A DNA stretch of 64,000 bases from Saccharofermentans sp. (GTDB lineage: Bacteria > Bacillota > Clostridia > Saccharofermentanales > Saccharofermentanaceae): assembly GCA_024403795.1 (NCBI GenBank), contig JAKSRD010000006.1:12589-76588 (forward strand). Direction: 5' to 3'. Made by a program: the position numbers and the translations under genes. The notes beneath the pieces were generated by a model. That model saw nothing but the letters and a program-made list of their open reading frames with translations, did no database searches and was not told the DNA's origin. How positions within the stretch are numbered: the first letter of the stretch is position 1; each line of letters opens with the position of its first letter. This document shows positions 57,317-64,000 of this stretch, one piece after another.

Positions 57317-57461
57317 GTTGTCAGTTAAATGAGGTTAAGTCTGTGAAAGGCACGATATCGAATCTGCAACGGAGAGAATACCTACAAGAATTGAGATAAG
57401 TATGATCTTGTAGGTAATGCTTGGTATTTTGACTTTCAACAGCGTTCTGAAAGTCATGCAT

Positions 57462-57493
57462 AAAAAAGAGTTGCCTCAATCGAGACAACTCTT
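57462..57493 (-). terminator. Intrinsic terminator of hup
   Basis: AAGAGTTG(C/T)CTC stem with T run on the minus strand. Confidence 0.75.
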
Positions 57494-57514
57494 GATGTTA
57501 CTTTGCAGTAAGGA

Positions 57515-57808
57515 TTACTTCTTCTTGCCCTTCTTAACGTTAACCTTATCCTTAAGGGACTTTCCTGCTTTGAATGTAGGAACTGTTGAAGCGGCGATCT
57601 TGATCTTATCACCGGTAGCAGGATTACGTCCGCTTCTTGCAGCGAGCTTCTTTGTCTTGAATGTACCGAAGCCTACGAGAACAACCTTATCATTCTTTAC
57701 GAGAGCGCCTTCAATGGCACCGAGTGTAGCCTTGAGAGCTGCTTCCGCATCTTTCTTGCTAAGGCCGGAATCTGCTGCAATCTTGTCGATAAGCTGTGAC
57801 TTGTTCAT
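57515..57808 (-). CDS. hup: HU family DNA-binding protein
   Basis: MNKSQLI, GFGTF, RSGRNPATG, PTFKAGK; SD AGGAGG; TTGACA-17-AATAAT upstream. Confidence 0.95.
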   Translation of the reverse strand: MNKSQLIDKIAADSGLSKKDAEAALKATLGAIEGALVKNDKVVLVGFGTFKTKKLAARSGRNPATGDKIKIAASTVPTFKAGKSLKDKVNVKKGKKK

Positions 57809-58052
57809 ATGATTTCCTCCTGTCTGATGTTGCCGTCGAAAAGGCGTATTTAGTGTAATTTTATTATTGTTTTATAACCGTTGGTTGTCAAGCGTTTTCG
57901 GGCGCAAAGCCGTAGAAATGTTAGGTTTTGAGGTTTTTAGAGCACGATTTTAATAAGAGAACAATGCATCATAAATTCTGATCTTAAATACAAGACATAT
58001 TAAGGCTTATAGTGTATGCTTGTAGTGCAAAAAAATAATCGGAGGTAACGAA

Positions 58053-58259
58053 ATGATAGTTACAAAAGAATCGATTATCGGTGATGTTGTAAATCTTGAT
58101 GAAGGTGTTGTGCCGATCCTTATGGCTTCCGGACTTCACTGCATCGGTTGCGCTTGCGCTTCAGGCGAGACGATCGAAGAAGCTTGCATGGTTCATGGCA
58201 TTTCTGATTGTGATCTTCTCGTAGATGAGATCAATAACTATTTGCAGTCGAAGGGCTGA
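58053..58259 (+). CDS. DUF1858 domain small protein
   Basis: IL...GLHCIGC..A.GETIEEAC.VHG; SD GGAGG. Confidence 0.82.
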   Translation: MIVTKESIIGDVVNLDEGVVPILMASGLHCIGCACASGETIEEACMVHGISDCDLLVDEINNYLQSKG

Positions 58260-58281
58260 GTTGCTGATTGCGTCAATTAAC

Positions 58282-58307
58282 AAAGGGACTGGTTTCAGTC
58301 CCTTTTT
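58282..58307. terminator. Bidirectional intrinsic terminator
   Basis: AAAGGGACTG/CAGTCCCTTT stem between convergent genes. Confidence 0.75.
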
Positions 58308-58334
58308 AATTTGTACGGATATTGTTTTCGAGTG

Positions 58335-60596
58335 TTAATAAGATGCGGCCATGACTACTTCAAAGGTTGTACCTTGGCCGAGCTTGCTGACGACGCTTAT
58401 GTCTGCCTCGTGCTTGTCACAGATGAGCTTAACGATTGCGAGACCAAGCCCCGTACCTTTGATGTTAACTCCTGAATTGTGAGCTCTGTAGAAGCGGTCG
58501 AAAACCCTTGAGACTTCATCTTCCGGAATTCCTATTCCGTTATCTTCGACTGTTATGTGTATCTTCTGGTCGGCTACATGTTCCGCATCGCCGGTTCTCC
58601 AAGCTTTTATCTTTATGTCTGCGTCTTCGGTAGTATAATTGATCGCGTTTGATATCAAGTTCTCGAAAACACGTGACAACTTGGCGGGATCGGCTCTGAC
58701 TATCAGCGGATCGCGCGGCTGAAGATCAAGTGACAGATGCTTACTAGTCTCTTCAAGATCCATCGAAAACATAACAACCAATTCATCGAGCATCTCTGAG
58801 ATCGACACGGAGGTGAAGTGGAAATCGGAATCGCTGGATTCCATTCGTGTAAGCTCCATGATATCGGATACGATCCGTTCCATCTGCTCAGAACGGCGAA
58901 CGATATTGCTCAGATAGTTATTGCGTTGTTCGGGCGAGAAGTTGTCCTGAGAAGAAAGCAATAATTCTGCGTATCCTCTGATGGCTGTAATAGGTGTTCT
59001 CAGATCGTGTGATACGTTGCTTAAGACATTCTTACGCGCAACTTCACCTTCCATAAGCTTCTTGTTGGTGAGCACGAGATCGCGGTTGATCTCGGAGATG
59101 TATACGGTCTTCTCTCTGACCTGTCGCTTAAGTACTGCGGCATTTTTCTTGATCTCACGCTGTTGATTGATGTATGAAGATACAATGGCAATCTCCGCGA
59201 TGATGGAGAAAATTACGAAGACATTGCTGTATGTCGGAACCAGATAGGTGAACATACCGTTCATGAGGATCGTAAGGTCAAGTATGAAGAACATCGTGCA
59301 GAACAGAAGTGCCCACAGAAGTGATGTCTGATTCTCGTTGTAATAGAAGAACAGGTCGATAAAGATGGCCAGCGTTACCGCTGCCAATGCGTACATTATG
59401 GCGATGAATTCCGGCAGCTGAACGTTCAGTGAGGATTCGCAGATAAAGTAGGCGATTATCAAGGCTATGCCGACCGTGCATACGAAGTAATGACCATCAC
59501 GCAGTAACGCATATTTTCTTCTGGTCTTTGTTCCTGCAAAAAACTGAGAGTTCTGAATGAAGCCTGCTGCCGAAGCCACGATCAACAAGACGTATTTTAT
59601 GTCCGCTCGTACCCGGCTGTTTACTGAGAGAAAACGGCAATCAGTCAGGTAGTAGAACAGGATCGTTACGAAGCTTATGAAGAATGAGAGGAAGAGCCAT
59701 CTGTTCTTGGTGGAACCGAGAATGATGTTTGAACCTACGGCAATGGTGACGGTGAAGAGAACGGTAACGACCGCAAAGTGACCGGCAGTAAGTCCGGTGC
59801 GGATGTCGTTGGAGGTGGAGGTCTCGATGATCGGTTCCGAAAGAAGACCGGGGTTTGTAACGACAGGAGAACAAGCTACAACAATAACCAGATCAATTCG
59901 GCCGTTATCGGGAATAAGTGTTGCGTAATCTGCAAAAGCGTAGTAGTTGAATACGGGTGTTTTGTCACCGATGCAATCGACAAAATTGCCGTTGCAATAG
60001 ATCCAGGCAGTACCGTTACACTTGTGGAAAGTAAGTGACAGAGATTTGACGTCCTCGCTGCATCTGAAGTGTCCGATGTAAGCTGCAGTATGAAGTTCGT
60101 TATTCTCGATAGGGAAACGCTGATATTGGATGTTGCCGCCGGAGTTATGCCAATTGGCACTATAATGGTAGTCAAACCATCCTCTCCAGGTATCGCTTAT
60201 CCTGACATCGTCGGCATAAGGTCTGCGTTTCAACAAGGCAGAAGATGGCCAGTAATTTTCATCTTCTTCATCAGCATATAATACTGCTTGTCCCAGGGTG
60301 TACTCGGCAATGTCAGGGGAGATGTTCGGAACAAAAGTCCAGCCGTCAGTAACGTGGCTGCTCTGCGCATCGTCCAGGGCAAGGTCATCACTTAGAAAAA
60401 TCGTTCCGTCTTCAGTGATGGCAACAGGTTCTGTGTCATTGGTGAAGCTGATTCCTATACTGAGAAAACCTACTACCAAAAGCATCAGGAGCAAGACAAA
60501 AATGACAGTAAGCATGGTACGGCCGAAGCTCTTGTCATTGATACCGGAATTGAGGGTTTTCAAGCCGGTTAATCTGCGATGCTTATATTGTGCCAT
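58335..60596 (-). CDS. Sensor histidine kinase (extracellular beta domain, about 7 TM, HisKA, HATPase)
   Basis: SHDLRTP H-box, NLISNA, DNGIG, FDRFYR, GTGLGL. Confidence 0.92.
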   Translation of the reverse strand: MAQYKHRRLTGLKTLNSGINDKSFGRTMLTVIFVLLLMLLVVGFLSIGISFTNDTEPVAITEDGTIFLSDDLALDDAQSSHVTDGWTFVPNISPDIAEYTLGQAVLYADEEDENYWPSSALLKRRPYADDVRISDTWRGWFDYHYSANWHNSGGNIQYQRFPIENNELHTAAYIGHFRCSEDVKSLSLTFHKCNGTAWIYCNGNFVDCIGDKTPVFNYYAFADYATLIPDNGRIDLVIVVACSPVVTNPGLLSEPIIETSTSNDIRTGLTAGHFAVVTVLFTVTIAVGSNIILGSTKNRWLFLSFFISFVTILFYYLTDCRFLSVNSRVRADIKYVLLIVASAAGFIQNSQFFAGTKTRRKYALLRDGHYFVCTVGIALIIAYFICESSLNVQLPEFIAIMYALAAVTLAIFIDLFFYYNENQTSLLWALLFCTMFFILDLTILMNGMFTYLVPTYSNVFVIFSIIAEIAIVSSYINQQREIKKNAAVLKRQVREKTVYISEINRDLVLTNKKLMEGEVARKNVLSNVSHDLRTPITAIRGYAELLLSSQDNFSPEQRNNYLSNIVRRSEQMERIVSDIMELTRMESSDSDFHFTSVSISEMLDELVVMFSMDLEETSKHLSLDLQPRDPLIVRADPAKLSRVFENLISNAINYTTEDADIKIKAWRTGDAEHVADQKIHITVEDNGIGIPEDEVSRVFDRFYRAHNSGVNIKGTGLGLAIVKLICDKHEADISVVSKLGQGTTFEVVMAASY

Positions 60597-60671
60597 TCTG
60601 CTTTATTCCCTTAAAAGACGAAACGGGACTAGTAATTAGTCCCGCCAATTCATAATTGTGTTCGTTACAGA

Positions 60672-61382
60672 TCAGAACTGCGTGTTCATGCTGTTCTTTA
60701 CCGGCGGATAAGCGAATGAATATCCGATACCCCACTCGGTCTTTACGAAGGTGACTTCAGGTGCGATCTTTTCCATCTTCTTGCGGAGATAAGAAATGTT
60801 AACCATTACGAGGTGGTTATCGCACGGTGAATCGTCGCCCCAGACATGAGAATAAATTCTTGTGAAAGGAACGATAACGTTAGGTGTCTCAGCCAGGAGG
60901 CAGAGGATGTCGAACTCACGATTGGTGAGATGCAGAGGCTTATCCTTGAGAGTAACCTCACGTGTCTTGATATTGATACGGAGCGGAGGGAACTCAACGA
61001 GGAAACCTTCACTCTTCATATTACGCTTGATGTGAACGTTGATCCTAAGGCTCAACTCAGGCAATGAGTAGGGCTTGGTAATGTAATCGTCAGCGCCGAC
61101 CTTGAAGCCGTTAATGACATCTTCCTGCTGATCTTTTGCAGTAAGGAAGATGATGGGGCAATCAGTGATCTCTCTGATCTTGGGAGCAAGATCGAATGCA
61201 CTTCCGTCAGGAAGCATGACATCCAATACGATGCATGAGAAATTATGCAGCTTGATCTTCTCAAGCGCATCAGCACAAGAGGCGGCCGTAACAACATCAT
61301 AGCCTTCGCTCTCCAGAAAATCGCGATTGAGAACTAAGATGTCGCTGTCATCATCTACAAGAAAAACTTTTTGCTTAGCCAT
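60672..61382 (-). CDS. OmpR-family response regulator
   Basis: VDDD, LDVMLPD, FLTA, GADDYITKP, LT.REF, LRKK, WGIGY; ATG 61382 after GGAGGT. Confidence 0.92.
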   Translation of the reverse strand: MAKQKVFLVDDDSDILVLNRDFLESEGYDVVTAASCADALEKIKLHNFSCIVLDVMLPDGSAFDLAPKIREITDCPIIFLTAKDQQEDVINGFKVGADDYITKPYSLPELSLRINVHIKRNMKSEGFLVEFPPLRINIKTREVTLKDKPLHLTNREFDILCLLAETPNVIVPFTRIYSHVWGDDSPCDNHLVMVNISYLRKKMEKIAPEVTFVKTEWGIGYSFAYPPVKNSMNTQF

Positions 61383-61566
61383 TTGAATACCTCCCGATTC
61401 TGCCTGTAGTTTTCCCTTATTACCGTCACTTGGATTGATATGTGACGGAATTATTATCCTTGTGTATTTATATAACCACGAGATAAGTATACAACACGTC
61501 AAAGCCATTTTATATAGTTAAATTAACATTTAGTCATTTAATCTTACATATGTATGTAGAAATATA

Positions 61567-61578
61567 GAAAATATGTTC
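61567..61578 (+). promoter_or_regulatory. Putative LexA (SOS/Cheo) box upstream of dinB
   Basis: GAAA-ATAT-GTTC, one mismatch to GAAC-N4-GTTC, immediately before a -10-like TATGAT (61583-61588). Confidence 0.6.
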
Positions 61579-61599
61579 GTTTTATGATAGCATTTTGCT

Positions 61600-62847
61600 A
61601 TGAAACGCATTATTTTTCACGTCGATCAGAATTGTTATTTTGCTTCGGTTGAGATGATCTCAAGACCGGAATTGCGTAATGTTCCGATGGCAGTTGCCGG
61701 TGATGCGAAGGTAAGACACGGTATTATCCTTGCCAAGAACGAACCGGCGAAGAAGTATGGCGTAAGCACGGCCGAAGCGATATGGCAGGCTAAGGCTAAG
61801 TGTCCTGACCTGGTCCTGGTGGATGCGCATCACGAGAAGTATGAGTTCTATTCCAAGAAGCTTCGTGAGATGTATTCGGAATATACCGACAAGGTTGAAC
61901 CGTTTGGTCTTGATGAATGCTGGTTGGATATGACCGACATAGTTGCCGATTATGCCGAAGCAGAAGAAATTGCACTTGAGATCAGAAACAGGGTTAAGGA
62001 TGAATTCAAGCTTACCTGTTCCGTAGGGATAAGTTTCAATAAGGTTTTCGCGAAGCTCGGAAGCGACTATAAGAAGCCGGATGCAACAACGGTGTTTACC
62101 GATACGGATTGGAAGGAGAAGATCTGGCCGCTTAAGGTGTCGGATCTGTTATATGTCGGAAGGCATACCACGGAGAAGCTCCTCAAGATCAATGTCAGAA
62201 CGATAGGTGATCTTGCCGCAACAGATGTGGATTTTATCAATCGTTATCTCGGTAAGGGCGGACTCATGCTCTGGGAGTATGCGAACGGATTGGATGACGC
62301 GGAGGTGGCGGAATCGGGTTATAAGCGTATCCCGAAGTCTGTCGGTAATTCAACTACTACATCTGAGGACATGACATCTGACAGACAGATCGAGAGAACG
62401 CTTCATATGCTTTCCGAGAGTGTGGCTGAGAGACTTCGCAAGCATTCTCTTAAGGGAAGTGTGGTTCAGATAACGGTGCGCGACAGAGATCTCGGAATAT
62501 ATGAGAAGCAGAGGATCCTCTATAAGGCTACAGATGATGCAAAAGACATATATGAAGCGGCGAAGGCGTTGTTTGTCGGTTCTTACGATTGGAATAAAGG
62601 TGTAAGGAGTATAGGCGTCAGGTGCACCAAGCTGGTGAGAGCTGATGCCGGCGAACAGTTGTCGATCTTTACGGATGCGGGAAGGACGGAACGCGACAGC
62701 AGGCTCAATAAAGCGATCGATGATATTAACAGACGATACGGATCTGGAGTCATTAAGAGTGCGGCCGAAGCGGACAGTGCCTACAACAGGAACAAAGCTG
62801 CTAAGATAGTATCGGATCCATTTCATCCGGAGGACGATTTTGAATGA
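61600..62847 (+). CDS. dinB: DNA polymerase IV (Y family)
   Basis: FHVDQNCYFASVE, AKKYGV, GLDECWLD, SVGISFNK..AK, KKPD. Confidence 0.92.
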   Translation: MKRIIFHVDQNCYFASVEMISRPELRNVPMAVAGDAKVRHGIILAKNEPAKKYGVSTAEAIWQAKAKCPDLVLVDAHHEKYEFYSKKLREMYSEYTDKVEPFGLDECWLDMTDIVADYAEAEEIALEIRNRVKDEFKLTCSVGISFNKVFAKLGSDYKKPDATTVFTDTDWKEKIWPLKVSDLLYVGRHTTEKLLKINVRTIGDLAATDVDFINRYLGKGGLMLWEYANGLDDAEVAESGYKRIPKSVGNSTTTSEDMTSDRQIERTLHMLSESVAERLRKHSLKGSVVQITVRDRDLGIYEKQRILYKATDDAKDIYEAAKALFVGSYDWNKGVRSIGVRCTKLVRADAGEQLSIFTDAGRTERDSRLNKAIDDINRRYGSGVIKSAAEADSAYNRNKAAKIVSDPFHPEDDFE

Positions 62848-63716
62848 TCACTGCCAATCAGTATTTTCGAGAAAGATTCGGACATAAGATGTATAAGGCT
62901 TCGATATCGCTGAATGTTACCTGTCCCAACAGGGACGGGAGCAAAGGCGTCGGTGGCTGCGTTTTCTGTTCGGAGGGCGGTTCCGGTGAGTTTGCTTCGT
63001 GTTGCAGGGATTCGATCGGAGAGACGGTCAGGAAAGCGATCGACAAGGTGAAAGATAAGGCCGGTGATAATGCCGGATATATAGCTTATTTTCAGAGTTT
63101 TACGAGCACATATTGCGAGGCTTCTTATCTGGCTGATGCACTGAAGCAGGCATCAGCCGTTGAAGGGGTTGAAGCTGTCTCTATCGCGACCAGGCCGGAT
63201 TGTCTGGGACCTGAGATCTTGGATGTGCTCAAGGAACAGGCGGAAAGAATGCCGATCTTCGTTGAACTAGGACTTCAGACTTCAAATGACGTTACTGCAC
63301 GGAAAATCAACAGGTGCTATGAGACGAAAGAGTACGTTGAAGCAGTCGGCAATCTGAAGTTCATAGGTGCAAATGTTATTACGCATATTATCTTCGGACT
63401 TCCCGGTGAGGACTCGAAAATGATGATGGATACTGTCCGTTTTTGCAGAGACTCCGGTACTGACGGATACAAATTCACTTGCCTGTATGTTCTTCAGAAT
63501 ACCGCCTTACAAAAAATGTGGGAAGATAATGAAGTTGAGATACTTCAGATGGAAGAGTATTTTGATATTGTAGAGGAAGCGATCGGATTGCTGCCTGAGG
63601 ATGCCGTTATTCACAGGTTTACGGGTGACGGACCGAAGAAGATCCTTTTGGCTCCCGAGTGGACGAAGAATAAAAGACAAGTCATCAACTACATTAATCG
63701 GAGGTTCGGTCTATGA
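62844..63716 (+). CDS. TIGR01212 (YhcC/YtqA-like) radical SAM protein
   Basis: CPNRDG....GC.FC, YFQSFT.TY, TRPDC, ELGLQT, H.I.GLPGE, HR.TGD. Confidence 0.88.
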   Translation: MITANQYFRERFGHKMYKASISLNVTCPNRDGSKGVGGCVFCSEGGSGEFASCCRDSIGETVRKAIDKVKDKAGDNAGYIAYFQSFTSTYCEASYLADALKQASAVEGVEAVSIATRPDCLGPEILDVLKEQAERMPIFVELGLQTSNDVTARKINRCYETKEYVEAVGNLKFIGANVITHIIFGLPGEDSKMMMDTVRFCRDSGTDGYKFTCLYVLQNTALQKMWEDNEVEILQMEEYFDIVEEAIGLLPEDAVIHRFTGDGPKKILLAPEWTKNKRQVINYINRRFGL

Positions 63717-64000
63717 AGAAATACGTTTTGGCGACGATGAATGCCGTGCAGAAGTATATCGAAGGTGAGATGAAGACCGCGCCTGAGGAGAGAACGAGAG
63801 AGATGCTTTCCGAGTTCGAGACGAAGATCGCGTATTTCCAGCATGAGAGATTGATCCATCTTCTGGTCACGCTTGCTTTCGCCGCATTCCTTTTGTTCGA
63901 GATATTCTGCCTGTTTATCCTTCCGGTCGATTTCCTTGTAGCCGGTGTTTTGTTGGTGCTCATATTCTTCGGACTGACTGTCGGATATGTAATGCATTAT
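63713..64000 (+). CDS. Conserved-looking small membrane protein (3' truncated by window edge)
   Basis: Not in the ORF track because it has no stop in the window; MKKYVLAT...FQHERLIHLLVT, two TM segments, ...HY; ATGA overlap with the radical SAM gene. Confidence 0.65.
   Translation, partial: MKKYVLATMNAVQKYIEGEMKTAPEERTREMLSEFETKIAYFQHERLIHLLVTLAFAAFLLFEIFCLFILPVDFLVAGVLLVLIFFGLTVGYVMHY

Noticed and set aside
57368-57420. ACGGAGAGA resembling the start of a glycine riboswitch
   Set aside because: No CCGAAG or CTCAGG elements follow and there is no suitable downstream gene on that strand
57900-57911. GGGCGCAAAGCC resembling part of a c-di-GMP-I riboswitch
   Set aside because: The upstream GGCAAA/GNRA stem and the downstream conserved elements are absent
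1-64000. CRISPR arrays, tRNA/rRNA genes, IS elements, prophage
   Set aside because: Intergenic gaps are under about 300 bp and show no such patterns; the longer tandem repeats are in-frame coding repeats

Overview
64 kb of chromosome from a Clostridia-class Firmicute. A rumen/gut Saccharofermentans-like organism is my inference from gene content and SD/promoter style; I cannot prove it here. The window is gene-dense (about 59 CDS, two truncated by the edges) and I see no rRNA, tRNA, CRISPR array, transposase or integrase. Housekeeping genes include folC, thrC, dapF, ispD/ispF, radA, serA, alaS, trmB, gap, ligA, hup and dinB. Cell-envelope genes are interspersed: a mosaic GH73 autolysin with a cohesin/cadherin-like partner, GtrA, two GT-C-like membrane proteins and an Lgt paralog. 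Best candidate for a new system: a locus between trmB and gap (41.8-48.6 kb) encoding a HisC/CobD-like PLP enzyme, an IspD/TarI-like cytidylyltransferase with no TarJ partner, a ThDP enzyme split into two overlapping genes and two LicD transferases. This suggests a route to an unusual CDP-amino-alditol surface decoration. Second theme: several intact ORFs have lost catalytic motifs, including a PP2C-like/TM/LysM-like protein, a GH32, an acyl-CoA ligase, a thioredoxin without CxxC and a Spo0A DNA-binding domain without a receiver. All family assignments come from motif recognition by eye; no searches were run.
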